Origin: an uncultured Roseburia sp.
GTDB taxonomy: Bacteria > Bacillota > Clostridia > Lachnospirales > Lachnospiraceae
Assembly: GCA_964390485.1 (NCBI GenBank)
Contig: CAYMIS010000003.1
Location: 1,259 to 65,258 of the forward strand
DNA: 64,000 nucleotides
Direction: 5' to 3'
The position numbers and the translations under genes are program-made. Below the pieces are notes generated by a model, which was given only the letters and a program-made list of their open reading frames with translations, made no database searches and was not told where the DNA came from. Shown in pieces: positions 47,956 through 58,042 of this stretch (its first letter is position 1; each line of letters begins with the position of its first letter).

Positions 47956-50900
47956 TTAATCTAACTGGAATAGCGGCTGTACCGTCATATTTAGCATGGT
48001 GGTATTTACTGCTATTGTACGGTCATTATTAATATCAAAAATTAAGGTTCTACGCTGGTTCTGCAGATTTCCTGCTTCATCAAGCCACTGGGACAAATAC
48101 TTTTTCTTATACTTAAACTGATACTCCTTACCATTTTGTAAACCGGTAAATTTATGCTGGGCATTTGCCGTAAGCACGGTACCATCCGGTCCAATAATCT
48201 GCTCAATATAAGTACCATCCTCATAACGAATCGTACACTCCAATGAGGTACTGACCGCATTAAATTCGATTGGCATGAATTTAATCGTCTGTGTATCTGA
48301 ATCTGAGAATACTTCTGCTTCCTGCTGGTTTTCGTCCCCCGGCAGGTCCATATTATTAAATTCCTGCAAGAGTTCTATGGTGTAGTTCTGGTTTGAAACC
48401 ATCACTGCCTCCTGATTGGTTATCTCAATCACCGGTGGCTCATAGGAAGCGCGATATGCAGCTATCATTGTATTGATGAAAAGCTTCGCCTCCATATCAC
48501 CATTTACAGTGGAGTGACCTACTCCGGAATAAAATACATTCCCTTTGCTGTAAATATAATAATTGTTGGCAGCATCCTTTGGAGAAACGGCATAGGTGAG
48601 AGCTGTACCATCCCCATTGGAATCTGTTCCCTGCCATGCTGCTGCAGCCTTATCATCCGCTAAAGTATACCATACGGTAACTTCCTCATCCTCAAGATTT
48701 AACTGGAACCACTGACCATGGGTTCTTGCAATTGTAAGGCTTTCATCAATCTTATATGGGTAAACCGTAATCTGACCTTCATTCAGCTTGGTTGCCTTTG
48801 TAGTAATATCATTGTTATTGTTAAATCCGGTATTACGGGTAATATCTGTCACATTACAGATTTTTTCTCCCGCAGGATTCGTTACCATATACTGATATGG
48901 CAGCTTATAATTATTATTTCTGTTCGGATTGCTGGTTCCGTTTGAAGACCAGCCTAAACGCTTCATGGCATAATAAGTAAATCCATGCTTTGCCTCAGAA
49001 GCAATTGTATCGTAATTTGAGGCATTCGCATTCTGATAATCAATCATACTGCTACGCTCACCTGCGCTCAGCTGATTACTTACTGCCTGATAGCGGTTCA
49101 TACCCATAATATCCCTCAGTGACATGTTTGCTGTATAACCAAAAGGCGTATTTCCATTGTATTTCATGTTATACATGGAGGTTAAATCATGTGTAAACAA
49201 AATACTTTTCCCCTGGTCTACATAATATTTCAAATAATCTACCGCTCCATCCTCATTTGACAGATTCTTTGTTCCATATCCATCACCGAAGCCGATAATC
49301 AGCATATTATAACCTAATAATGAACCATTTACGGCACTTAAATTCTTAGGGTTATTTTCATCCACTGCCTTTGAATTATCATAGGAGAAATTCGAACCGG
49401 TAAAATAAGACTCATACACATCTAAAGTAATGGTATCAATCTGAATCTCATAGTCCGCAAGATTCTCATAATATTTACGGAATAACGTACTTTCCTCTAG
49501 ATTCAGCTTACCATCATAATTGCCTTCCTTTGGCATAATCTGAAGAACCCGGATTTCTTTTTTGGTACCGGAATTATTCTTTGCCGCAGAGCAGCCTGTT
49601 TCCATATAACGGATAGACTCATTGTCAGTCCGGTATACCTCAATTTTCCACTGTATCAAACCAACCAGAGAGTTCGCCAGACGATATTTATAGCTGTTTC
49701 CACCATTTACTGCATGATTGCTGTATACTGCCTCTGCTGCTTCGAACTTACCATTACGGTCCTGGTCAACAAAAATCCGATAGGAATATCCGTCTCCCGC
49801 CACCTGAAACTTAAAATTAAGGTATGACCTTCCACTGCTCATTGGCAGATAATTCGGATTGGCAATCACATTCCCACTTGTTGCGCCATTATATTCTGCC
49901 GGCAGTTCTGTAAAGGTTACTGTTTCCTCAATCGATGCAACTGCTGCCAAAATGCCTGCTACATCTGAGGTGCTATATACACCGGAGCCCTTTTTTTCTC
50001 CAATAAATGCATAAATATTGGAGTTTTCATCTATCAGCTTCTTTTCCTGCTGATAAAGGTATCCTTCTGCCACAATCGGACAGCCTGCCTGTGTAAATTC
50101 CCTTAATTCCTGCATTTTCTTTTTGGTAATATCATTTCCCGGAAAACGCATTTCCGTACTATTTACCACTGCGTTATTTGCCACTGACCAGAGGAATTTT
50201 ACCGACCTTGTTCTTCCGCTTTGAATATTTTCCGAACTTAACATCATATCTCCGGTATGAAGATAAATTTTCCCATCCAGACTATTATCATTCCAATCCG
50301 GCAGATTCAGATTTACCCAGCTTCCATTATTCAGCTGGACACTCTGACTAGTGGTATGATATGCACCAATATCCAGTCCCATAAAAATCATTTCATAGGA
50401 ACTGTTTAAATCCTCCACTTTTCCATTAAATTCTGCAGTGGTACGATGCACAATTTCTATCTCACCGGTAAAAGCCGGAAGTAACATTCGGATATAATTT
50501 TTCGTTAAAATCCAATCCGGTTCATTACTTGAATTAAGCCCTACAGAAGGTTCAATGTCTAATACCCGGATTTTTTCAGGATAGATATCCGTCCCGCCAC
50601 TTCCTAAAGAAAGAATAAAACGTACCGCGTCAGAGGAATTAGCATCGCTTTGTCCTCTGCCAGAAATATAAGCAAGAAAATCTGCAAATACAGAACCTTC
50701 TTTTCCGGATGGCAGACTGTTTGTTACATAATCCTGCGAAATACTGGTATCTCCCTTATAAGTAAACACATGGTTTAATACCCAGTATTTGTGAACCTCA
50801 TCTGTAATGCTGGTGGTGCTGTCATAATTCTTCCAAAGTTCCTCAGAAGTCCAGTAATTCCAAAGATTACCTGTCACTCCCTGCACCAGCATAAAGGTCT

Positions 50901-52491
50901 CTACTGACCAATATTCTGCTGCATTTCCGGTCTGTATGGTATTCTTTCCGTTCTGAATCACCGGATTATCCGCATCCAGATAAATAGACTTAAATAATCT
51001 TGCATCCATACATAAAAGCATGGTTGTTAATTTATAAATGTTATTATTGCTGGCTTTAAATTCATAGGATTCCATTCCGGTCGAACGCAGATTCCAGTCA
51101 TAAACGGTAGTTTTCACATTCTTTACCGAAGCGCCTGTAAATACACCGGTTCCCAGATTGTAAATCGTATCATCAATAATTATCGCAGCAAAATCTTCTT
51201 CCGCTGTAATCTTGTTATAAAGCTTTAAGGTCGTATCCCAGGAAAAATCATTTGTTTCAAAAGCATTTACTGCGTAGGAGGAAACTGTAGAAGTCTTTCC
51301 AAGACGGTTATGCTTTTTCCAGATTTCCGGCAGACCTCCCACATGACTTTTTGGTGAAAGATAAATTAAATCAGAATATGCAATCCATTCCTTGGCGTTA
51401 TTTAATTCCGAAGGAGTAATTGTTTTAATTACAACAGAATAATTATCTGCCTCTTCTTCGGAAAGCTCCATGGTATCTATTAAAAAGTGGTCATAGTTAT
51501 CATAGGTATAATAGGTATATACCTTTGTCACTTTAGAAGAAGCGGAACTGCTTCTTGTTGTATAAATTCGTGTTCCTATCTCTGTTGCTTCTTTCTCTGG
51601 CGCATCATCAAAGGAAATACCCTCATATTTGCTTTTTTCAAAATCATTAATCGTATGCCAGATAAAATCCCCATCATTGGATGGAGTAAAGGTAACATCC
51701 GTTACAGTCACCTTTTTTCCCGCAGACTTATGTTCAAAAACAACCGTATTTTCCTCCAGTTTCTCTTTTGCTTCTCCATTCTCGGTTTCTTTTGTCTCAG
51801 TATCCTCGTTTTTTGTTTCGGTATCTTCTGTTTCCGTATCTTCTATTTCCGTAGTTTCTGTTTCGGTGTCTTCTGTTTCCGTATCTTCTGTTTCCGTGTC
51901 TTCTGTTTCCGTGTCTTCTGTCTCCGTAGCTTCTGTCTCTGTATCCTCTGTTTCGATTACCTGAATTTCTCTTTTTAAAGTTCCCTTTCCATCTCCTACA
52001 TATTCATAGTAACCTTCAAAGGTAAGCCCCTCATCCTCTAATACATCCACGCTTCCGTCATATTTTTCCGGATTACTTTGAGGCTCATCCCCGAAAAAAT
52101 ATGCCGTATGCATTTCAATTTTGGCATCCTTTAAAGAACCGATGGTGTTAATATCTGCACTTCCATACATTTCTTCAACTGCTACCGGTTCACAGCCACT
52201 AATCAGATATCCAAATTCTGCATATTCTTCGTAAGGAACAATTTCTAAAATCACAAAAGGATGGTCGGCTGTTCCCCGCTGTGCTGCTTTTTTTGAAGCG
52301 TCAACATAATGTGGCAGCTGCCCTAAACTGTCTACCACACCTCTTGTTACCGCTCCATCTGCTTCTGCTGCAAAAGACACCTCTTCCTTTATATCCTTTG
52401 GAAGAAGTGCCCCAAACATACTTAATATTAATCCGGCTACCACAGCCCGTTTTGTATATTTTTTTGTTTTCTCTTTTGCTGTTTTTTGCAT
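47956..52491 (-). CDS. Large secreted DUF5057-like protein at the end of the type IV pilus operon (putative adhesin)
   Basis: Signal-like N-terminus; three related segments (FVILEIVP, IRVLDIEP, IRVLQIMP); GKSILFTHD, NEGQITVYPY, NNYYIYSKGNVFYSGVGH, KLFINT. Confidence 0.75.
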   Translation of the reverse strand: MQKTAKEKTKKYTKRAVVAGLILSMFGALLPKDIKEEVSFAAEADGAVTRGVVDSLGQLPHYVDASKKAAQRGTADHPFVILEIVPYEEYAEFGYLISGCEPVAVEEMYGSADINTIGSLKDAKIEMHTAYFFGDEPQSNPEKYDGSVDVLEDEGLTFEGYYEYVGDGKGTLKREIQVIETEDTETEATETEDTETEDTETEDTETEDTETETTEIEDTETEDTETKNEDTETKETENGEAKEKLEENTVVFEHKSAGKKVTVTDVTFTPSNDGDFIWHTINDFEKSKYEGISFDDAPEKEATEIGTRIYTTRSSSASSKVTKVYTYYTYDNYDHFLIDTMELSEEEADNYSVVIKTITPSELNNAKEWIAYSDLIYLSPKSHVGGLPEIWKKHNRLGKTSTVSSYAVNAFETNDFSWDTTLKLYNKITAEEDFAAIIIDDTIYNLGTGVFTGASVKNVKTTVYDWNLRSTGMESYEFKASNNNIYKLTTMLLCMDARLFKSIYLDADNPVIQNGKNTIQTGNAAEYWSVETFMLVQGVTGNLWNYWTSEELWKNYDSTTSITDEVHKYWVLNHVFTYKGDTSISQDYVTNSLPSGKEGSVFADFLAYISGRGQSDANSSDAVRFILSLGSGGTDIYPEKIRVLDIEPSVGLNSSNEPDWILTKNYIRMLLPAFTGEIEIVHRTTAEFNGKVEDLNSSYEMIFMGLDIGAYHTTSQSVQLNNGSWVNLNLPDWNDNSLDGKIYLHTGDMMLSSENIQSGRTRSVKFLWSVANNAVVNSTEMRFPGNDITKKKMQELREFTQAGCPIVAEGYLYQQEKKLIDENSNIYAFIGEKKGSGVYSTSDVAGILAAVASIEETVTFTELPAEYNGATSGNVIANPNYLPMSSGRSYLNFKFQVAGDGYSYRIFVDQDRNGKFEAAEAVYSNHAVNGGNSYKYRLANSLVGLIQWKIEVYRTDNESIRYMETGCSAAKNNSGTKKEIRVLQIMPKEGNYDGKLNLEESTLFRKYYENLADYEIQIDTITLDVYESYFTGSNFSYDNSKAVDENNPKNLSAVNGSLLGYNMLIIGFGDGYGTKNLSNEDGAVDYLKYYVDQGKSILFTHDLTSMYNMKYNGNTPFGYTANMSLRDIMGMNRYQAVSNQLSAGERSSMIDYQNANASNYDTIASEAKHGFTYYAMKRLGWSSNGTSNPNRNNNYKLPYQYMVTNPAGEKICNVTDITRNTGFNNNNDITTKATKLNEGQITVYPYKIDESLTIARTHGQWFQLNLEDEEVTVWYTLADDKAAAAWQGTDSNGDGTALTYAVSPKDAANNYYIYSKGNVFYSGVGHSTVNGDMEAKLFINTMIAAYRASYEPPVIEITNQEAVMVSNQNYTIELLQEFNNMDLPGDENQQEAEVFSDSDTQTIKFMPIEFNAVSTSLECTIRYEDGTYIEQIIGPDGTVLTANAQHKFTGLQNGKEYQFKYKKKYLSQWLDEAGNLQNQRRTLIFDINNDRTIAVNTTMLNMTVQPLFQLD
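51781..51955. repeat. 15-bp coding tandem repeat encoding (TEDTE)n
   Basis: Repeated gt(a/g)tcttctgtttcc units. Confidence 0.85.
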
Positions 52492-52568
52492 CTTACGCAA
52501 CCTCCTAATGACAGCCTGTAACGATTTTCACATTCCCGTTAACCGTTTCTGTCATTTTTACGCCTTAA

Positions 52569-53147
52569 CTATGGTGTACTTCCCATCAGTTCATTTCTGA
52601 CCTTCATCTCATTTTTCAGATGATACTCCTGCATTCCTGTTTCTAATTTCAGCTGAATCGTTACCTTATCCTGACTGGAAGCATCTACCACCGGAATAAA
52701 CTCTGTCACATACTCTCCAATACAGTTTTCTACAACTGCATCTGCTGATGTCAGCCCTGTATCCGGGTCTGTATATGGGTCAGCGATGTGCTCTACCACC
52801 TTCATATACAGTTTTCCATCCACTACTCCAATAATTCTCTTGGTAGCTTCCTGATTTGGTGCTGTTACACCATCCGGAAGCTTTGTCGCATCCACTTTAC
52901 GGGGAATTTCGTATATCACAAGATTCGTACCGTCTACAACCTTTACCCAGTTGCCTTCCATTACCCAGGTACTTACCTGCTCCATTAAAATCTGGGACTC
53001 CATCTGCAAATCAATGGTATCGGAAGCAGTTTCATAGCTTCTTAATGCAGATTGGATAAAATATGTGGCAGCACCCATGATAATTACTGATATGGCAATA
53101 GCTATCATTAGCTCTACTAAAGTCATTCCGCGATTGTCCTGTCTCAT
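52569..53147 (-). CDS. Type IV minor pilin
   Basis: Class III signal NRG|MTLVELMIAIAI. Confidence 0.88.
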   Translation of the reverse strand: MRQDNRGMTLVELMIAIAISVIIMGAATYFIQSALRSYETASDTIDLQMESQILMEQVSTWVMEGNWVKVVDGTNLVIYEIPRKVDATKLPDGVTAPNQEATKRIIGVVDGKLYMKVVEHIADPYTDPDTGLTSADAVVENCIGEYVTEFIPVVDASSQDKVTIQLKLETGMQEYHLKNEMKVRNELMGSTP

Positions 53148-53165
53148 TTCCTGCTTCCTTTCCTG

Positions 53166-53681
53166 TTAATTTATCGGATGTTTCCCGGTTTCTTCCACCA
53201 GTGTGATGGTATAGGTTCCTGTACCTTTTATTACAATTTTCTCTACGTTCGTATTTTCTACCCCATCACTTGCTAATTCCTTATCAAATACACCGGATTT
53301 CTTATAACGGATACGAATAAAGTTGGTTCCCGCCAAAAGCGTTCCTGTTTCACTTTCCAGATATATCTCTGTTCCGTTCCCGGAAAGCTTTGTTCCATTT
53401 GCATCCAGTTTGGTTCCATCAAAGCTGGTTAAACATTCCCCTAACTGCTTCATGTAATAACCAGCACCCAGCTTATATATGTATAAATATGGCTTTCCTT
53501 CCTTGCTCATAGTTACAGCCTGCTGTTTATCCAAAGCTGTACCCACTGCCTCTGCTGCTTTCTTCGTATTGGCATAATGGACATGTCCTATCATCGAAAC
53601 TGACGTTCCGGCTAAAATACCAATCACTGCAATTACAAGGATAATTTCCACCAGCGTCATTCCCTTCTGATTCGTTTTCAT
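53166..53681 (-). CDS. Type IV minor pilin
   Basis: QKG|MTLVEIILVIAVI. Confidence 0.88.
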   Translation of the reverse strand: MKTNQKGMTLVEIILVIAVIGILAGTSVSMIGHVHYANTKKAAEAVGTALDKQQAVTMSKEGKPYLYIYKLGAGYYMKQLGECLTSFDGTKLDANGTKLSGNGTEIYLESETGTLLAGTNFIRIRYKKSGVFDKELASDGVENTNVEKIVIKGTGTYTITLVEETGKHPIN

Positions 53682-53708
53682 TCCAACATGCCTCCTTTTC
53701 CGCAGTTT

Positions 53709-55952
53709 TTATTCACCATTTTTTGTCCAATTCTCATAAGTCAAATATTCGTCAATCTGTACGATTCCAATTACACTTTCTGAAAGTGTATGATAATCCT
53801 TAAAATATTTTGCAAATACAGGGGAAGCTAACGCAATATCCTCTTTAAAGAGCTGCGCTGCCATAATCTCGTCTGCCGAAACTGCTGCATTTGCTGCAAA
53901 AGAAATGATTCCTCCGGAAATAATCATTCCGCGAAAATTCCCCTGCACTAAAACATCTCCGGTAGCAATAATAATTCCTTCTGTATAATCTGTCGGAATT
54001 CGATACTGTTCCATGCCTTCATTATTTACAACTACTACCACCTGTTTACTGGTAGCGGAATATTCCTGTATAATTGTCTCATTTTTTGCCGGCACTCCTG
54101 CAACGGAAGGATAATCCGTCTTTATTGCATTTATATCCAGCAGGTTTTCCACTAATGGTTCTAACTCTTTGTCAATGTTTCCTGAGCCATCCTCAAATCT
54201 CACATTATCTGTGGTCACATTTACATGGGAATCCTCCAGATAAAGCTGTAAGGATTTATAGTTAATTGCAAGACGATCTGCATATTCCCAGTAAATACCG
54301 TCTGCTGCACCGCCTGCTCCCGGTTTCCAGTCCTCTCCGGAAATTGTAATCTTCTTTTCCTGTAAGGGCTGTCCATCTGCGGACTGATACATAATGTCAC
54401 CCTTTAAGGTATATAAGGTACTGCTGTCTAATATAATCGCATTGTTTCCAATATAGTTCTCTGCAAAAGCATTTACCTTATCAGAATTTGCATTGTAATA
54501 TGCAGCAAAGAAATCATTTGCCAGCTGCTCTGTGGCAAAATTCAAATAATATCTGGTAGCAGCCGTTCCATTATCTTTAAAATAATAGGTCTGAATCGGA
54601 TGGAGACTATTTAAATAGCTTTCGATATTCAATACACCAATAGAAGTGGAATAAGCACTTGCCCCCTCGGCTGTAAAATGTATATTCGCTGCATCCGTCA
54701 CGTCAAGATAAGCCTCCGGTACATAATAAGCAAGCTGATTCGTTCTTGCCGAAACAGATTCTCCTAACATAATGTCCTGATTCTGGATATTTCCCTTACT
54801 TCCTCTGGAAATATAGGTTCTGCCGGATAATAAAAGGTAATTCAGTCCTGTCAGATTCAGCCTGCAGTTTTTCGCATTAATCATCATCGCACTGCTGTAT
54901 GCAGAATCTGTGACATTCCGCACTGCATCATATTTATCCTGAAAATTATATCCATAATAATTTCCATATAGATTTACTGTGCTGTTTTTACCATTCAGAG
55001 TCAAATCGTCTGCAATATAGCAATTTCCATTCAATTCTAAGGTGGATGCCATTCCGTTTCCTGTGGTCTGGACATTCTCCGCCCAGATACGGGAAGTACC
55101 ATTTCCCACTGTCACACTGGTTCCCATTCCAACCTCGATGTCTCCACGAGTTACAATGTTACTGCCGCTCATGACCGCTGTTCCCGGTGCAATACTTTTA
55201 ATACCATCCGCCCCGGCATATACGTTGCCATCCACTGTGATATTGGCAGCACTTATCTCTACCATATCATCAGCAATCAGGGAGTATTTCATATAGTCCT
55301 TAATCATATTACTTCCATCAAAATTTAAAACAGGGGTATGAAATACCATATTTGTTTTGATGCTGGTTTCATAATTCTGTGCATCCTTATAGACAATTTC
55401 TACATTTTCCAATGTAAAAAGTCCTTCTGTATAGTCTGCGGTAAAGGTAGCCTCTGTAGGAGTAAACTTCAAACAGCTTTTATTTGCCGCTGTTGCAATA
55501 CTGTCTGTTAATGGCTGTTCTTTATAATAGCCCATAACATAGACAATTTCTTCTACCGCTCCGGGACTATATTGAATTTTTTTATCTTTTCTGGTTACAT
55601 CATCCTGGTCCCAGAATGCATTCTCCAGCTCTTTCATATAAAGCTTGGTAAATTCACGCTGAATATCAGTTCCTGCCACCATAATATCTCTGTAATCTGC
55701 CAGAATTTCCGTATAAGCATTCTCCATAGAGCGGGCAGCAATATCATTCAAACCTACGGTCAGTTCATCCATTACCGTTTCCGCTGTATAAAAGTTTTCT
55801 TTTCCAGACTGCTCCACACCACGCATCTGAATATTAGTTATCGTAACATTCATAATGATAACCGCAATGATTCCCACAAAAATGAGCGCCACTAATACAG
55901 CAAGCAGGGAAGCTCCCTGATTTTTGTCTTTTAATGACCATCTGTTTTTCAT
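53709..55952 (-). CDS. Large PilX/GspK-like minor pilin (no Glu5)
   Basis: NQG|ASLLAVLVALIFV...NFYTAE; 747 aa. Confidence 0.75.
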   Translation of the reverse strand: MKNRWSLKDKNQGASLLAVLVALIFVGIIAVIIMNVTITNIQMRGVEQSGKENFYTAETVMDELTVGLNDIAARSMENAYTEILADYRDIMVAGTDIQREFTKLYMKELENAFWDQDDVTRKDKKIQYSPGAVEEIVYVMGYYKEQPLTDSIATAANKSCLKFTPTEATFTADYTEGLFTLENVEIVYKDAQNYETSIKTNMVFHTPVLNFDGSNMIKDYMKYSLIADDMVEISAANITVDGNVYAGADGIKSIAPGTAVMSGSNIVTRGDIEVGMGTSVTVGNGTSRIWAENVQTTGNGMASTLELNGNCYIADDLTLNGKNSTVNLYGNYYGYNFQDKYDAVRNVTDSAYSSAMMINAKNCRLNLTGLNYLLLSGRTYISRGSKGNIQNQDIMLGESVSARTNQLAYYVPEAYLDVTDAANIHFTAEGASAYSTSIGVLNIESYLNSLHPIQTYYFKDNGTAATRYYLNFATEQLANDFFAAYYNANSDKVNAFAENYIGNNAIILDSSTLYTLKGDIMYQSADGQPLQEKKITISGEDWKPGAGGAADGIYWEYADRLAINYKSLQLYLEDSHVNVTTDNVRFEDGSGNIDKELEPLVENLLDINAIKTDYPSVAGVPAKNETIIQEYSATSKQVVVVVNNEGMEQYRIPTDYTEGIIIATGDVLVQGNFRGMIISGGIISFAANAAVSADEIMAAQLFKEDIALASPVFAKYFKDYHTLSESVIGIVQIDEYLTYENWTKNGE

Positions 55953-55954
55953 GG

Positions 55955-57040
55955 CTACTCTCCTTTCGTCGTTTCTATTACTGCATAGGGTTCATCCGAA
56001 GCGGTATGCCCCTTCTTATAAATCTCTGTCTTAATTTTAATCAGTCGTACCGGACTATCCTCACCGGTAAGCTGCTTTGTATTAGTAATGATGTTGCCAT
56101 ATTCATCAATTACCTGCCCTGTGGTTTCCGTTCCCGCTGTATTACTGATATTGGTATGAATTACCTGGGCACTGGTAAGTCGTTTTACCTGTAATTTATA
56201 AGCAGCATCATTGGCTGTATTCTGACACACAAAATACAGTTCCGGTGCAAAATCCGCCGCCACTGCAGCGGTTTTATTTAATTCCACACAATCTGTTGCT
56301 CCTGCATCTGTATCCCGGTCGTAAAGCAGATAAATATTTTTTAAATCTGTCATCTTCACATTCAAAAGCTTTGAAGAATTCCAGTTATCACTAGAGCCCA
56401 TCCCCCGAAGATTTGTACAGGTATATTTATAAAAAATATCTATCATATATTCTGTACCATTGTTATCAATGTTAATAATCATCTTACGGGATAAACTATT
56501 CTCTACTTCACTCTGGGTAAGCAGTGAGCCCACCGGATTTGCCGTGTAATAAGCATTATTAATTGCCATAAAATATACGACAGCCTCATTCTTCTGGTCA
56601 CGCTCTACTGCCAGTACATCCGTTGTATCATCAATTCCATATATAATCGGTCTGGTTACTGCATTGGCTGCTGTATCAGTAGAAAGTGTTACCACCACAT
56701 CAAAATTACCATCTACTCCTGCTAACGTAATACTTCCGGTTCCATCCGCATTCATCCCATTCACAACTTCTGTATAACCCATTGACGCATCTGTCAGATA
56801 CGGCACAGTATAGGCACTTGCACCTTCCGGTTTTTCAATCAGATGATTCTGAACCTTTAAATCTTCTGTTACCGCCTGGGCTAAAACAGTTGCCTGCTGC
56901 TCCTTCGCCATCAGGGAACTATATTGCATAGACTCTGCAAAATACATCAAAAGAGGAATCGAAATAATCGCAAGAATTGCCATGGAGAGAATAACCTCTA
57001 ACAGAGAAAAACCTGCATTGTCAATTTTATTCTTATTCAC
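55955..57040 (-). CDS. Type IV minor pilin with an extended C-terminal domain
   Basis: NAG|FSLLEVILSMAIL; start probably GTG 57040 (ORF extends to 57064). Confidence 0.85.
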   Translation of the reverse strand: MNKNKIDNAGFSLLEVILSMAILAIISIPLLMYFAESMQYSSLMAKEQQATVLAQAVTEDLKVQNHLIEKPEGASAYTVPYLTDASMGYTEVVNGMNADGTGSITLAGVDGNFDVVVTLSTDTAANAVTRPIIYGIDDTTDVLAVERDQKNEAVVYFMAINNAYYTANPVGSLLTQSEVENSLSRKMIINIDNNGTEYMIDIFYKYTCTNLRGMGSSDNWNSSKLLNVKMTDLKNIYLLYDRDTDAGATDCVELNKTAAVAADFAPELYFVCQNTANDAAYKLQVKRLTSAQVIHTNISNTAGTETTGQVIDEYGNIITNTKQLTGEDSPVRLIKIKTEIYKKGHTASDEPYAVIETTKGE

Positions 57041-57056
57041 CTGATATCTCTTCCTT

Positions 57057-58037
57057 TTATTCATTTACCGAGCCAGCTTCCTCATCTGTTTCTGCGTTTT
57101 CGGAATCTGCTGTTTCTTCGTCTGTTCCTGCATTTTCAGAATCAGCTGCTGTTTCTTCGTCTGTTCCTGCATTTTCAGAATCAGCTGCTGTTTCATTGTT
57201 TTCTGCATTTTCAGAATCAACGTTATCTTCATCGTTTCCTGCATTTTCTATATCTGCAGTTTCTTCATTTTCAGTAGCTGCCATCTCACTATCTGCGCCT
57301 TCCTCGAAAGCGGACGCATTACTGCTTCCTACCTCAGACTGAAGTTCGCTGTTGCTTCTTACACCACTAGACTGGAAAACATTTTCAGAACCTCTGCCAA
57401 TACCACTGATTTCCGGTTCCTCATATTCTTTTCCTGTATTTGTTAAATAATAAAGATGTATCGTAATTACTCCTGCCAGACGGTCTGTTTCATTATCATA
57501 GGTTGCTGAAATGGATGGTATGGTTACTCTGTCCTTTAATCCGCTAATATATGCCACCATTTCCTTAAAGCCTTCATAGGATGCATCATAATTCATACTA
57601 AGGGCTGCATAATATCCCACCTTTGCATCCGCAGGGATTGACTGTACCGTCTCTGCTGTGGCATTTAATGCTGTAATATCTCCTATCAGATTGTCCATCA
57701 AAAAGCTAATACTTGAAACATGCATGTCTGACATATTTTCCACTTCCTGCACGATTGCGATTGCTTTTTCTGTTGTTACATCCGATGGATATTTTGCAAT
57801 AATTTCTTCTACCAGCCGGTTACATTCTGCTGTTTGTGCCTCAACCTCTGCCTGACGGTCAACCATCATTTCCAGTTCTGCTACCTTCTGGCGATTTTCT
57901 TCATTTGATGCTTCAATCTCTGCTGCCTTTGTAACACTCTTATTAAAAATGAAAAAATATGACCCTGCAATTAAAATCAATGCTAAGAGCAGGAGCAGTA
58001 ATCTTTCTTCTGAATTGGATAATTTCATTTTTGACAT
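57057..58037 (-). CDS. PilO-like alignment protein with an acidic repetitive tail
   Basis: N-terminal TM, coiled coil, ASYEGFKEMV; located after pilMN; tail of DSENAGTDEETAA repeats. Confidence 0.65.
   Translation of the reverse strand: MSKMKLSNSEERLLLLLLALILIAGSYFFIFNKSVTKAAEIEASNEENRQKVAELEMMVDRQAEVEAQTAECNRLVEEIIAKYPSDVTTEKAIAIVQEVENMSDMHVSSISFLMDNLIGDITALNATAETVQSIPADAKVGYYAALSMNYDASYEGFKEMVAYISGLKDRVTIPSISATYDNETDRLAGVITIHLYYLTNTGKEYEEPEISGIGRGSENVFQSSGVRSNSELQSEVGSSNASAFEEGADSEMAATENEETADIENAGNDEDNVDSENAENNETAADSENAGTDEETAADSENAGTDEETADSENAETDEEAGSVNE
57064..57270. repeat. ~39-bp coding tandem repeat (DSENAGTDEETAA)
   Basis: tctgttcctgcattttcagaatcagctgctgtttcttcg and degenerate copies. 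Confidence 0.75.
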
Positions 58038-58042
58038 TTTAC

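Noticed and set aside
51487-51978. Repetitive plus-strand ORFs (FCFRV..., SVSSV...)
   Set aside because: Antisense readings of the TEDTE repeat.
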